The translations under genes and the position numbers were made by a program. Under the pieces are notes generated by a model. That model was not told the DNA's origin and searched no databases. It was given only the letters and a program-made list of their open reading frames with translations. Of a stretch of 64,000 bases of DNA, positions 9,804 to 20,357 are shown piece by piece. The DNA lies in the NCBI GenBank assembly GCA_038733315.1, contig JAVYPJ010000001.1, forward strand, positions 107,469 to 171,468, in the 5' to 3' direction. The stretch is from Candidatus Aenigmatarchaeota archaeon (GTDB lineage Archaea > Aenigmatarchaeota > Aenigmatarchaeia > CG10238-14 > SpSt-28). Numbering within the stretch: the stretch's first letter is position 1; the number at the start of each line of letters is the position of its first letter.

Positions 9804-10092
9804 TTGGTAAGTTTTTTATGTATCCGTTTTTTCTTAACCAATTTGATTCAGCTTGAGTATATACGTGAATTATATCACATCTATTTTCCATAAATGGCCA
9901 TTTTTTAACTAAAACGACATCTCCAACCTTAATCCAAAACCTTCTAGAAATTTTTCCAGCAATTCTTCCCATTCTTTCTTTCCCATCTTCACAAATAACT
10001 TTAACTTTATCTCCAGCATAAAACATCTCAACTAAACCATAAGTTTCTCCATTCTTTTCGTCTGCAATTCTAATTTTTGGCTCTTCGTTCAT
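9787..10092 (-). CDS. eif1a: Translation initiation factor aIF-1A
   Basis: CEDGKERMGRIAGK...WIKVGDVVLV...DIIHVYT. Confidence 0.9.
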   Translation of the reverse strand: MNEEPKIRIADEKNGETYGLVEMFYAGDKVKVICEDGKERMGRIAGKISRRFWIKVGDVVLVKKWPFMENRCDIIHVYTQAESNWLRKNGYIKNLPNELRF

Positions 10093-10757
10093 ACTTTTCT
10101 TATTAGTATAGTATCTAAATATACCTTTTTTCCATTCTTAACTCCAACTAAGGTCTTTGAAATTTTATATTCAACAGAGTTTAGATTATTTAATATAAGA
10201 TTTAATATTTCATATGCAGTTTTTTTCGAACCTATATACAAATCTATTCCATCCTTATTCCTTTCAATTTTAGAAATGAAGCTTAAAAAATCTTTCAAAT
10301 TTCTTCTTCTAACCAAATCCTCTATCTCTTTTATTAAACTTTCGCTAACATCAAATCTTAGCTGAATTATAGCCTGTTTATATCCACTAAGTTTCATTGC
10401 ACAAAAAATGCAAGTAAATAATTTTTCCTGAATTTCAATCCTCCTCTCTAAAACTAAAATGTTATCATAGAAAAAATAAACAAACATTTCGCTATCTTTA
10501 TACTTAATTTTTCTCTCTAAATTTATTTTTTTAAAAAAATCTGCATGTTTTCCAAGATGTTCAATAGCTTCTTCAAAAAAATTAAAGAGATGTTTCTTAG
10601 AAAGAGAATATTTTCCACAATGCTTACATTTATATATCGTTATTTTTTCTGGAATTCTTAATTCTTTTTCGATTTCCCTTCTAAAACAATCTAAACAAAA
10701 CTTTTCCACAAATATTTCTACATTCTTTCCACATTTTGGACAAATTCTCTTTATCAT
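10089..10757 (-). CDS. nmd3: NMD3-family ribosome biogenesis protein
   Basis: Four CxxC pairs and AIIQLR; start moved to MIKRICPKCG to avoid overlap with the divergent gene. Confidence 0.85.
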   Translation of the reverse strand: MIKRICPKCGKNVEIFVEKFCLDCFRREIEKELRIPEKITIYKCKHCGKYSLSKKHLFNFFEEAIEHLGKHADFFKKINLERKIKYKDSEMFVYFFYDNILVLERRIEIQEKLFTCIFCAMKLSGYKQAIIQLRFDVSESLIKEIEDLVRRRNLKDFLSFISKIERNKDGIDLYIGSKKTAYEILNLILNNLNSVEYKISKTLVGVKNGKKVYLDTILIRKV

Positions 10758-10792
10758 TAAAAATAAATAGATTAAATATAGAAAACAATTTA

Positions 10793-11392
10793 ATGAAATA
10801 TACAACATTTTTACTATTTTTGATTTTTATTAGTTTTGCACTACAGATATTCATAAAAGGATATACTCAAGCTTTTGCTCTAATTCCAAAAAATGTTGTA
10901 GAAGACTTAGAAATATACAGAATTATAACTTCGATTTTTTTACATGGCGATTTTTTACATCTCTTTTTTAACTCCTTTGCGCTCTTTATGTTTGGTGGTG
11001 TATTAGAGAAAATTATAGGACCTAAAAAATTTATATTGTTATTTTTTTTAAGTGGAATTATAGGAAGCATAGCATATATTTTAACAAGTTTTTTATTAGG
11101 AGAATTTAATGTACCTGCATTAGGAGCGAGCGGAGCGATTTATGGTATAATAGGGGCTTTAGCAGTTTTAAGACCAACAACTATAGTTTTAATTTATTTT
11201 ACTCCAGTACCATTACTTTTCTTAGCGTTTTTTTGGATAATAACAGAAAGCCTTGCAACTCTTCTCCAATTTTTTGGAGCTAAAAGTGGTATAGCTTCAC
11301 AAGCACACTTAGCTGGGCTTTTGTTTGGAATGTTTATTGGACTAAGAATTAAAGAAAGGTATAAAGGTATAAAAGTTAAATACGAATTTTAG
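10793..11392 (+). CDS. Rhomboid-family intramembrane serine protease
   Basis: FLHGDFLHLFFN, GASGAIYG, AHLAG; start moved to MKYTT. Confidence 0.92.
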   Translation: MKYTTFLLFLIFISFALQIFIKGYTQAFALIPKNVVEDLEIYRIITSIFLHGDFLHLFFNSFALFMFGGVLEKIIGPKKFILLFFLSGIIGSIAYILTSFLLGEFNVPALGASGAIYGIIGALAVLRPTTIVLIYFTPVPLLFLAFFWIITESLATLLQFFGAKSGIASQAHLAGLLFGMFIGLRIKERYKGIKVKYEF

Positions 11393-11393
11393 C

Positions 11394-13850
11394 TTATATG
11401 TTATTTTTAAAAAAATGAGATAGAGACTTCTGCCTTGTTTTTGATAAGATATCTGATTCAGAAATGTTTAAAACTGAGAGAACTCTTAAAGCAGCTGGTA
11501 ATATTTGGTTTGTAATGTAATAATCCACATCGATATCTTCTTTTTTTGCAAAAAGAAAATATTCAGCTTTTTCTGAGATTGAATTGCCTTGCTTAACTAT
11601 AACAAAAGGAACTATGCATCCTTCTGTTAAATTTATTCCTCTTCTAATTGCTTTTTTAGCTGCTATTACATGCGGGCTAATCTGCTTATATTCTTCTATG
11701 TTTTTTGTTAGCTGTTCGTGAATTGTAACATCTTCTATTTTAAAATCGTAATTTCTGAGTTTTTGAATTACTTCTCTAACATATTCTATTGCCTTATTTA
11801 CATCATTTTCTCTAAGTATTATTTCTAAAACTTTTCTTTGAACAACCTTAGCTAATCTACACCAATCTCTCCTAACAGTTTCAAATCCTCTAATTTCTAA
11901 TTCATTATTCTCGCTTAGAAGCGCATATCTTTTTTTAGCACCTATATCTTTCTCTCTTCTCTTTACAAAAATTCCTCTAATATAAAATCCTCTATATTCT
12001 AACTCCATTTTACCCTTGAAAGAAGAATTAACCATATCAAGAAACTTTTTCCCAATATCTATTAATTCATCTTTATTTAAAGATTTATTAGAAACCATAA
12101 GAGAATCGGTATCTCCATATATTATTTCCAAACCAAAATTTTTTGCAAGCTCCGATACGTTTTTTATATAATATCTTTCGAAAGCCGTAACACTTTCTGC
12201 ACATTCTCTTTTATACCACCTTGCACCGACATAACCCATATAACCATAAGTTGCGTTTGCAAGAATCTTTAATGAATATTGAAAACTATCCAATAACTTA
12301 AAATCCTCGCTATTCTTATCTAAGTTTTTTAAATTTTTTTTAATTCTAGCCCTTTCATCTATTAAGAACTCTAAGTGCTTAGGTATAAACCCTTTTTTCA
12401 TAACACAAAAATGATAGTTTAATTCTGGAACTTTATTTTCCTCTTTGCATTTTTGATGTTCGCAATTAAACGTATCCATAGAAATGTTATGAGTAATTAT
12501 TATAGTTGGATATAGCGACCTAAAATCAAATACTATTATATTTTCGTGAATTCCCGTTTTTGGTTCAAAAACAAAAGCACCTTTATATGGAGCTTTCATT
12601 CTTCTTATTTTAAGCTCTTCGTGTTTTGGTCTATTTGGAGCTATTTGGTTATCTTTAAAAGAATTTCTCAATAGATAAGCTTCTACTAATTGAGAATATG
12701 TATTCCTACAAACATCGAAAAGAGTTAAATATGTTATCCTTGATAATGAAATTAATTGTGGTAAAAAGATTTCTAACAATCTTAAAACTAATTCACAATC
12801 CCAAATGTTGTATTCTATAATCTTTTCTATGTTTAATTTTTCCATAAGAGATTTCTGCATCTCTTCAAAAGTAATTTCTTTTTTTCCATAACCTAAAAAT
12901 TCCTTTGCTACAGCGTCTAATGTTAAAACCTCTGTTTTTATTATCGGAGATAATATATGATCGACATAAACATAAACATCTAAATAAGCCCTTCCAGGTA
13001 TTTTATAACTTTGGACCCATCCTCTCTTAATAGTTTTTAATTTAGACTCTTCTCTTCCTATTCTCAATTCTATTCCATAGTTTTTTGCCTTTTCTTTCAG
13101 CAATGGAAAATCGAAACCATCTGTATTATATCCAGCTAAAATATCTGGATTAGCTTCTTTTATTGTATCAATAAATTTTTTAATAAGCTCCTTTTCTGTT
13201 TTAAAAACTTCTACATTTTCTTTTGGTGCTTTAAAACCAAAATCTAAACTTAAAGTTTTTTTAAACCCATCGTTACCAACTATGGATATTAAAGCTATTT
13301 TCATTGAACCCTTCTCTTCTAAAATCTCTATATCAAAAGCATAAATTTTCATCTTAGGTATTTTTTGCAACTCAATTCTTTCTATTTTTTTAGCTAATAT
13401 TTTTTTATTTTTTTCTATACCATATACCTTAATCCAGCCCGAAGGAGCTATATCATTATCTATTAAAAATCTTCTATAGAAAGGTATGTCATATTCAAAA
13501 GTTTCTAAAATCTCTTTAAAATTATCTTTCAAAAATTTTCTGAATTTTGGAACTTTTTTTGGATTGTTTATAGATATTTTTATTACTTTTATTTCCCTTC
13601 CTAAAAATTCTTTATTTAAAACTTCGATTTTTTCTATCCTTACATCTATAACCTTTAAGTTTTTTAATTTTTCGATAAAATTCTCTAAATCCTTCTCATC
13701 AACAAGAATATAAAAATATGGCAAAAAATCTCTATAAAAAACTATATAATTTTCATTATTTTCGTCTTTGCAAAAAATTCTTATTATAGGCTTTCCCTCT
13801 TTTTTAGATAAAATATAATCGATGTCCAAAACAAAAAGAGCTCTTTCCAT
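11394..13850 (-). CDS. polB: Family B DNA polymerase (intact, no intein)
   Basis: Exonuclease FDIE, YNTDGFD; polymerase DFRSLYP, KILANATYG, YGDTDS; C-terminal PIP box QKSLSHFF. Confidence 0.97.
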   Translation of the reverse strand: MERALFVLDIDYILSKKEGKPIIRIFCKDENNENYIVFYRDFLPYFYILVDEKDLENFIEKLKNLKVIDVRIEKIEVLNKEFLGREIKVIKISINNPKKVPKFRKFLKDNFKEILETFEYDIPFYRRFLIDNDIAPSGWIKVYGIEKNKKILAKKIERIELQKIPKMKIYAFDIEILEEKGSMKIALISIVGNDGFKKTLSLDFGFKAPKENVEVFKTEKELIKKFIDTIKEANPDILAGYNTDGFDFPLLKEKAKNYGIELRIGREESKLKTIKRGWVQSYKIPGRAYLDVYVYVDHILSPIIKTEVLTLDAVAKEFLGYGKKEITFEEMQKSLMEKLNIEKIIEYNIWDCELVLRLLEIFLPQLISLSRITYLTLFDVCRNTYSQLVEAYLLRNSFKDNQIAPNRPKHEELKIRRMKAPYKGAFVFEPKTGIHENIIVFDFRSLYPTIIITHNISMDTFNCEHQKCKEENKVPELNYHFCVMKKGFIPKHLEFLIDERARIKKNLKNLDKNSEDFKLLDSFQYSLKILANATYGYMGYVGARWYKRECAESVTAFERYYIKNVSELAKNFGLEIIYGDTDSLMVSNKSLNKDELIDIGKKFLDMVNSSFKGKMELEYRGFYIRGIFVKRREKDIGAKKRYALLSENNELEIRGFETVRRDWCRLAKVVQRKVLEIILRENDVNKAIEYVREVIQKLRNYDFKIEDVTIHEQLTKNIEEYKQISPHVIAAKKAIRRGINLTEGCIVPFVIVKQGNSISEKAEYFLFAKKEDIDVDYYITNQILPAALRVLSVLNISESDILSKTRQKSLSHFFKNNI

Positions 13851-13873
13851 AAAAATTTAAAATCTTATTTTTT

Positions 13874-14566
13874 ATGAAGATTGGCATTTTTTATACAGGT
13901 GGAAAAGATTCTACATTAACTATACTTAAGGCTATAGAAGATGGATATGAAGTTAAGTATCTGTTTACTGTAAAACCTAAGAATTTTGATTCTTATATGT
14001 TTCACTCTGTTACCTTAGATATTACAAAAATTCAGGCAAAGTTAATGAATATAGAGCATGTATTTTTTGAAGTAAGTGGAGAAAAGGAAAAAGAGGTTAA
14101 TGAGTTAATAGAGAATTTAAAAAATTTTTATAGAGAAATAGATTGCATAGGCGTGGGGGCAATAAAAAGCTTATATCAATACAAAAGATTTGAAAAAATA
14201 GCCAATAAATTTAATCTTAAAATATATGCTCCGCTATGGAATAGAGAATGCAAAAATATTTGGAAAGAGCTTTTAGAAAGAGAATTTAAAATAATAATTA
14301 CAAAAATTAGTGCTGAAGGTTTAGAGGAGGAAATGCTTGGAAAAGTTATAGATTATAGAATGTTAGAATGTTTAATAAAAAAGAGTGAAAAATACATGTT
14401 TGATTTGTGTTTTGAAGGTGGAGAGGCCGAAACCTTAGTTTTAGATTGCCCACTATTTTCTAAGGAAATAGAAATAAAAAATTTTGAAATAAAAAGAGAT
14501 TTAAACTCCTCTTGGATGGAAATTAAAGAATTAGAACTAAAAAACAAGCTAAAAAGGAAAGTATAA
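13874..14566 (+). CDS. Diphthine--ammonia ligase (Dph6 / PP-loop ATPase)
   Basis: YTGGKDS, DSYMFH, APLW, EGGEAETLVLDCPLF. Confidence 0.88.
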   Translation: MKIGIFYTGGKDSTLTILKAIEDGYEVKYLFTVKPKNFDSYMFHSVTLDITKIQAKLMNIEHVFFEVSGEKEKEVNELIENLKNFYREIDCIGVGAIKSLYQYKRFEKIANKFNLKIYAPLWNRECKNIWKELLEREFKIIITKISAEGLEEEMLGKVIDYRMLECLIKKSEKYMFDLCFEGGEAETLVLDCPLFSKEIEIKNFEIKRDLNSSWMEIKELELKNKLKRKV

Positions 14567-15911
14567 TCGCTATTATAGAATTTATTTTCAGAATTTCGAC
14601 CTCTTTTCCTTTAAGTTCATCTATTACTGCTATTATTGCAGAGATGTTATATAAAGAAATCATATTCCCTATTCCAGCTCCAATACTTTGCAATGCAAGA
14701 ACTTTATCTACATTTAAATTCAAAGCAGTTGCTATTTCTTGTTGAAACTTTATAAAGGTTAGATTAGATAGTGTTGCCGACCCAAAAATAAAAGCACCAA
14801 AAACTCCTATTATAGGCGAAATTATTAGAAAATACTTATCAAAACCAATAAAATAGTTTTTTAAGTTATCCATAACACCCTTAACTCCTATGGAATTTTC
14901 TGAAGATAAAGTTAAGTAAGAGGAGACAAAAGATAAAAAGAATATTATAAAAAAAAGTCTAATAGATTTCTTTAATATTTCTAATGAATAAATCTTTATT
15001 CTTTTTCTATTATTTAATGCCAAAAATAGCGCTATGGATAAAATTATTATACTTATATTAAAAAAATTCAATATTTCAATTATTATTGGAATGTTAGAGC
15101 TTCTTAATATTACAAAAATTATTATCGCAATAAAAAATGGTGAAAAAATTTTTAAAAAAAATCTAAATCTCGAAATGTTTTTAAAGAATATGAAAAAAAG
15201 TGCTCCTATGGATGCCAAAATTATTGTAAGCGTGAAAAATTGTGTATGAGCAACAATAATTGAAATGATAAAAAATACTATAATAGAAGCGATGGTTTCC
15301 TTTTTAAAAGTTAAAAAGCTATGCATTTCTTTTTCAAACTTTAAATAAAAAGTTAATGCCACTAAAAATATGAAAAATATGAAAATGGAAAAAATTATAC
15401 CAACTATCTTTACGAATTCTAAACTATTCGCATCCTTAGCGCCTATTATTATAGGTGTAGAAAAAGCTCCAAAAGTTGAATAAGTATCTGTAATTAAAGA
15501 GATAGAAGCTGATAATAATGGATTAAAACCAAGAGTATATAAGCTCTTAACTGCTATAATACCGGGCGTTCCGAAACCTACTAGACCTTCTATTAATATT
15601 GTGAGAAAAATTCCTATTGCAACAAAATTCAAAAAATTTTTCTCTTTAAAAGATTTGAAAAATTTTGTATTTTCCTTCTCTATTATCTTAAACAAGAATA
15701 ATACTGAAAAAACTAAAAGAAAGATTTTAAAACCTGTAAGAAAGGAATCTATATGAGCAAGCAAAATTTTATAAAAATAAATTCCGATTGAAATAGATAC
15801 TATTAGAGTTATTAAATAAGAGAAAAACAGTGTTTTAAATAAATCTCGAGTTAAAAATAGAAGAAAAAATAAGGAGATTATAGGAAGGAATAAAAATATT
15901 TCTGATATCAT
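14523..15911 (-). CDS. L-lactate permease family transporter
   Basis: Multi-TM; IEGLVGFGTP, GSATLSNLTF, LQSIGAGIGNMIS. Confidence 0.8.
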   Translation of the reverse strand: MISEIFLFLPIISLFFLLFLTRDLFKTLFFSYLITLIVSISIGIYFYKILLAHIDSFLTGFKIFLLVFSVLFLFKIIEKENTKFFKSFKEKNFLNFVAIGIFLTILIEGLVGFGTPGIIAVKSLYTLGFNPLLSASISLITDTYSTFGAFSTPIIIGAKDANSLEFVKIVGIIFSIFIFFIFLVALTFYLKFEKEMHSFLTFKKETIASIIVFFIISIIVAHTQFFTLTIILASIGALFFIFFKNISRFRFFLKIFSPFFIAIIIFVILRSSNIPIIIEILNFFNISIIILSIALFLALNNRKRIKIYSLEILKKSIRLFFIIFFLSFVSSYLTLSSENSIGVKGVMDNLKNYFIGFDKYFLIISPIIGVFGAFIFGSATLSNLTFIKFQQEIATALNLNVDKVLALQSIGAGIGNMISLYNISAIIAVIDELKGKEVEILKINSIIAIILSFLACFLVLIL

Positions 15912-15936
15912 AAAAACACTTTATTCTAACAGAAAA

Positions 15937-16251
15937 TTATATAACCTTAATTTTTATATCGACTTCGTTTCCAAAATCGATTCTCATTATTTGTTTTAAA
16001 ACCCTTTCATCAGGCTGAAGATAAATTAATCTCTTATGTATTCTCATTTCCCAAACTTCCCATGTAGCGTTTCCATGACCGGTACCATCTTTTATGTTTG
16101 CCATAGTATAAACTTTTAGCTTTTTTGTAGGTAATGGTATTGGTCCTTTAAACATTATACCATATTTTTTTGCTACTCCTATTATTTCATTGGTAACTCT
16201 ATTTAATTCATTTAAATCTCTGCTTGCTAATTTTATAACGACCTTGTCCAT
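15937..16251 (-). CDS. rps10: 30S ribosomal protein S10 (uS10)
   Basis: KGPIPLPTK, WEMRIHKRLI. Confidence 0.95.
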   Translation of the reverse strand: MDKVVIKLASRDLNELNRVTNEIIGVAKKYGIMFKGPIPLPTKKLKVYTMANIKDGTGHGNATWEVWEMRIHKRLIYLQPDERVLKQIMRIDFGNEVDIKIKVI

Positions 16252-16403
16252 ATATTTATTTTTTAATAAATACTTAGATATAAATCTTTTTGTTGAGCTT
16301 AATAAAATAAAAAATATACACTTTTTTATAGAAATCTATATATTTATAAAATCGAAAATTATTTATTTTTATTTGTATAACTAATCTACTTCGTGGTAAT
16401 AAC

Positions 16404-17474
16404 ATGGAGACAAAAAAGCTAAAATGTAAGGTGTGTGGAAGCGAAAAAGTAGTTTTAGATTCAAGTAGAGGAGAGTATGTATGCCAAGATTGTGGAGTAG
16501 TTTTAGAGGATTATATTATTGATTTATCTCAAGAATGGAGAGCTTTTAGTAGCGAGCAGTTAGAAAGAAGAGCGAGAACTGGAAGTCCTTTATCGATAGC
16601 AAAACATGATAAAGGTCTATCTACTCAAATAGGAAAAGGAACTGCAGAGCTATATAAAGTTCCTACTGAAAAAAGATTTCAATATTATAGATTAACGCAA
16701 TGGAGTAAAAGACTATCCACTTCTAAGGATAGAAACATAAGTTATGCTTTATCTGAATTACAAAGAATTGTTTCTTCATTACAATTACCAAAAACTGTAT
16801 TAGAAAGGGCTGCAATGTATCATGAGCAACTTATAAGTAAAGGAGCTGTTAGAGGAAGGAGTTTGGAGAGTATAATTGCTTCCTTAGTTTATTTTGCAGC
16901 AAAAGAATTACATACTCCAAGAACTTTTGATGAAATTGCAGAAGTTGTTGGTATTGATAAAAGAGAGTTGGGAAGAGCGTATAGATATGTTGCAAGAGAG
17001 TTGGGATTAAGAATTTTACCTGCAGATGCTAGAGATTATATTCCAAGATTTTGTAGTTTAATAAATGTAAGTGAAAAGGTTCAAAAAAAAGCTATGGAGC
17101 TTTTAGAGCAAGCAGAAAAAGCTGGAATAGTTAGTGGTAAAGGACCTACAGGAATAGCTGCAGCTGTTATTTTTATTGCTTCATTATTAGAGGGTGAAAG
17201 AAGAACTCAAAGAGAAATAGCTGAAAGATGTAAATTAACAGAAGTTACTATAAGAAATAGGTATAAGGAAATTATTGAGAGACTTGGTTTAGAGGCTATA
17301 GTAAAAGAGAAGGAGGAAGAATTAGAAAAAGAAAAGATTATAGAAAAAAAGGAGGAAGAAAAGAAGGAAAAGCCAATAATTCCATTGCTAGATGAAAAGA
17401 AAAAGAAGAAAAAAACTATTAGAAAAAAGAAAGTTGTAAAAAAGGTGAAGAAGAAAAAATCTAAATCTAAATGA
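16404..17474 (+). CDS. tfb: Transcription initiation factor IIB with long Glu/Lys-rich C-terminal tail
   Basis: Zn ribbon CKVC..CQDCG, EWRAF, RGRS, GKGPTGIAAA, RTQREIA, EVTIRNRYKE. Confidence 0.97.
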   Translation: METKKLKCKVCGSEKVVLDSSRGEYVCQDCGVVLEDYIIDLSQEWRAFSSEQLERRARTGSPLSIAKHDKGLSTQIGKGTAELYKVPTEKRFQYYRLTQWSKRLSTSKDRNISYALSELQRIVSSLQLPKTVLERAAMYHEQLISKGAVRGRSLESIIASLVYFAAKELHTPRTFDEIAEVVGIDKRELGRAYRYVARELGLRILPADARDYIPRFCSLINVSEKVQKKAMELLEQAEKAGIVSGKGPTGIAAAVIFIASLLEGERRTQREIAERCKLTEVTIRNRYKEIIERLGLEAIVKEKEEELEKEKIIEKKEEEKKEKPIIPLLDEKKKKKKTIRKKKVVKKVKKKKSKSK

Positions 17475-18007
17475 AATGTCCCTATTGTAACAAAGAACTA
17501 AAGTTTATTTCTGAAAAGAAATATATTGAACATTTTGGGGAAATGTTTTTTTATACTTTATTTTGTGAAAACTGCGGATTTAGATTTAGTGATGAGTTTA
17601 CCCTAGAAGTTAAAGAACCTATGGCATACTATCTTAAAGTTGAGAACGAAGAAGATTTGTTTGCTAAAATTGTTAGAGGAAGTAATGGATATATCGAAAT
17701 AAAAGAATTGAAAATAAAGCTTATTCCAGCACAATTCTCTAAAAGTTTTATTAAAAGTGTGGAAGGATTTTTAAATGATGTATATGAGATAGTTAAATCT
17801 CAACTTCCATATTTAAAAGGTAAAAGATTAGAAAAAGCAAAAAACATTCTCTCAGAAATAGAGAAAATGAAAAAATGCGAAAAAATTTTTACTATAGTGG
17901 TTAAAGATGTTACAGGAATCTCTAAAATTTTATCACCAAAAGCAAAAAGTAGAAAACTTAGCGAAAGGGAAGTGAAAAATTTAAAAACTTCAATAACCTA
18001 TTTATGA
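17471..18007 (+). CDS. ZPR1 zinc-finger domain protein
   Basis: CPYC...HFGE...CENCGFRFSD, SVEGFL, DVTGIS. Confidence 0.88.
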   Translation: MKCPYCNKELKFISEKKYIEHFGEMFFYTLFCENCGFRFSDEFTLEVKEPMAYYLKVENEEDLFAKIVRGSNGYIEIKELKIKLIPAQFSKSFIKSVEGFLNDVYEIVKSQLPYLKGKRLEKAKNILSEIEKMKKCEKIFTIVVKDVTGISKILSPKAKSRKLSEREVKNLKTSITYL

Positions 18008-19650
18008 AATACTTAGTAACAGCTGCATTGCCATATACAAACAACTTGCCACACATAGGAAATATTGCTGGCTCTCATTTACCTGCAGACATTTACCAAA
18101 AGCTACTTAAAATTTTTGGTTACAATGTTATTTTTATTGGTGGTACTGATGAGCATGGAAGCCCTATAGAAATTGCTGCAATAAAAGAAAATAAAAATCC
18201 AAAAGAATTATGTGATTATTATTATGCTCTTCACAAAAAAATATACGATTGGTTAAGAATAGATTATGATAACTTTTCAAGAACTTCTAATAAAACAAAT
18301 CACGAAATGACGCAATATATTTTTAAAAAATTGTATGAAAATGGTTATATAACTGAAGGTTTTTTAACTTTAGCATATTGCGAATTTGATAAACGATTTC
18401 TTCCAGATAGATATGTAGAAGGAATTTGTCCATTTTGTAAGTATGAAAAAGCTAGAGGCGATCAGTGCGAAAATTGTGGAAGGCTTTTGGATCCGATAGA
18501 TTTAGTAAATCCAAAATGCGTTCTATGCGGAAATAAGCCAATCTTTAAAGAAACTAGGCATTTATTCTTAGATTTAGCAAAAACAGAAAAAAAACTTTTA
18601 AAATGGATATTAAAAAATAAACATTGGAAAGATAATGTAAGAAATTTTGCTTTAAGCTGGATTAAGGAAGGTTTAAAAAAGAGAAGTATTACAAGAGATT
18701 TGAGTTGGGGTATTAAAGTTCCGTTAGAAAATTATAAAGATAAAGTATTTTATGTTTGGTTTGATGCTCCAATAGGATACATTTCCTCTACAATCGAATA
18801 CTTTGAAAAAATAGGAAAAAAAGATGAATGGAAAAAATATTGGCTAAAAAATTCTAAAGCTAGAATAATTCATTTCCTAGGAAAAGATAACATTCCATTT
18901 CATACAATATTTTGGCCCGCTATTTTAATTGGTACTAAGGAATTTAATTTGCCATATAATGTTGTTGGTTTAGAGTATCTAAACTTTGAAAATAAAAAAA
19001 TTTCTAAAAGCCAGAATTGGGGAGTTTTTTTTGAAATAGAGGATGAAAAAATATTAGTTAGAATTAAAGATAAAAAAATTGAAATAGATAGCGATTATAT
19101 TAGATTTTACTTAGCATATATTTTACCAGAGAATAAAGATGCAAACTTTTCTATTAACGAATTTAAAGAAAAAATAAATAAAGAATTAATTGGAAATTTT
19201 GGAAACTTTGTTTATAGAGTATTGAGCTTCACGGAGAAATATTATAACTTAGAAATTCCTAAGGCAAAATTATCTAAGAAAGAAAGAGAAATTTTAAAGA
19301 TTATAAAGGAATCAAAAAAAGATATTAAAAATAACGTTAAAAATGTTGAAATTAAAAAAATTCTATATAAGATTTTAGAGTTGTCTTCAATCGCTAATAA
19401 ATATTTTCAAGAAAGCGAACCATGGAAAAATAAAGAAAAAAGGGATTTGACTGTTATGTTTTCTATAAATCTTGTTAAGGATTTGACTATACTCTTTTGG
19501 CCTTTTATTACGAAATCCTCTGAAAAGATTTTCTATTTCTTAAATTATTCTTTCGAACCAAAAAACGCTATAAAAAATGTTGGTAAAATAGAATTAAAGA
19601 GTTGTAAAATTAGAAAGCCAGAAATTATTTTCAAACCGCTTGAATTTTAA
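18004..19650 (+). CDS. metG: Methionine--tRNA ligase (no C-terminal dimerisation domain)
   Basis: ALPYTNNLPHIGN, GTDEHG, YVWFDAPIGY, GKDNIPFH, KISKS. Confidence 0.96.
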   Translation: MKYLVTAALPYTNNLPHIGNIAGSHLPADIYQKLLKIFGYNVIFIGGTDEHGSPIEIAAIKENKNPKELCDYYYALHKKIYDWLRIDYDNFSRTSNKTNHEMTQYIFKKLYENGYITEGFLTLAYCEFDKRFLPDRYVEGICPFCKYEKARGDQCENCGRLLDPIDLVNPKCVLCGNKPIFKETRHLFLDLAKTEKKLLKWILKNKHWKDNVRNFALSWIKEGLKKRSITRDLSWGIKVPLENYKDKVFYVWFDAPIGYISSTIEYFEKIGKKDEWKKYWLKNSKARIIHFLGKDNIPFHTIFWPAILIGTKEFNLPYNVVGLEYLNFENKKISKSQNWGVFFEIEDEKILVRIKDKKIEIDSDYIRFYLAYILPENKDANFSINEFKEKINKELIGNFGNFVYRVLSFTEKYYNLEIPKAKLSKKEREILKIIKESKKDIKNNVKNVEIKKILYKILELSSIANKYFQESEPWKNKEKRDLTVMFSINLVKDLTILFWPFITKSSEKIFYFLNYSFEPKNAIKNVGKIELKSCKIRKPEIIFKPLEF

Positions 19651-20357
19651 TCCTTTTTATATTTTGGAATGTTTCTTAATGCATCAAACATTGCCTGAAT
19701 TAAGTTCATGTGTTGTTTTGTTCTTCCGAATGTTTTGCTCCAAACATCTTTAATTCCAGCTAATCTTAATAGTTTTTTGCTTTCATCATCTACAACTAAT
19801 CCAGTTCCCCTAGGCGCTGGCATAAGTATAACTTTAACACTTCCGCTTTTCCCATAACTTTTCCATGGAATTGAATGTGGCTGCTTACAATCGCATTCCC
19901 AACTACCGCAGCCCATATAAACCTTTATTATGTTTAATTTTGCGTTTCTTATAGCTTTTAAATATGCACTTCTGCCATCTTTTGCCTTTCCTCTACCTAT
20001 TCCTACATGTCCATTCTCATCGCCAACAATTACCATTACAGAATATTTTATTCTCCTTCCGCTAGCAGTAACTTTTTGGCTTCTCTTTACTGGAATTCTC
20101 TTACCTCCTCCACCCTTAGTTCCACCCTTTCCTATTAATACTGGCTCTATTTTTAAATTCGGTAATAAAATGTCTACTATTTCTGCCTCTAATATTTTTA
20201 AACCATTTTCTAATATTTCATCTATACTTTTTATTTTTCCCTCTAAAACTAATTTACCTAATTTTGTTTTTGGAGTCCAATTAGAGAGTGAATCGGGTAA
20301 AGGGAGTTTTATATCTTCTGCCTTTTCCTCTTCTTGCCTTTCTTCTACCTCAACCAT
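19647..20357 (-). CDS. rps5: 30S ribosomal protein S5 (uS5)
   Basis: WTPKTKLGKLV, GCGSWEC, PAPRGTGL. Confidence 0.96.
   Translation of the reverse strand: MVEVEERQEEEKAEDIKLPLPDSLSNWTPKTKLGKLVLEGKIKSIDEILENGLKILEAEIVDILLPNLKIEPVLIGKGGTKGGGGKRIPVKRSQKVTASGRRIKYSVMVIVGDENGHVGIGRGKAKDGRSAYLKAIRNAKLNIIKVYMGCGSWECDCKQPHSIPWKSYGKSGSVKVILMPAPRGTGLVVDDESKKLLRLAGIKDVWSKTFGRTKQHMNLIQAMFDALRNIPKYKKD

Noticed and set aside
16252..16403. AT-rich intergenic region as replication origin
   Set aside because: No ORB-like repeats or adjacent cdc6/orc1; explained by divergent rps10/tfb promoters.
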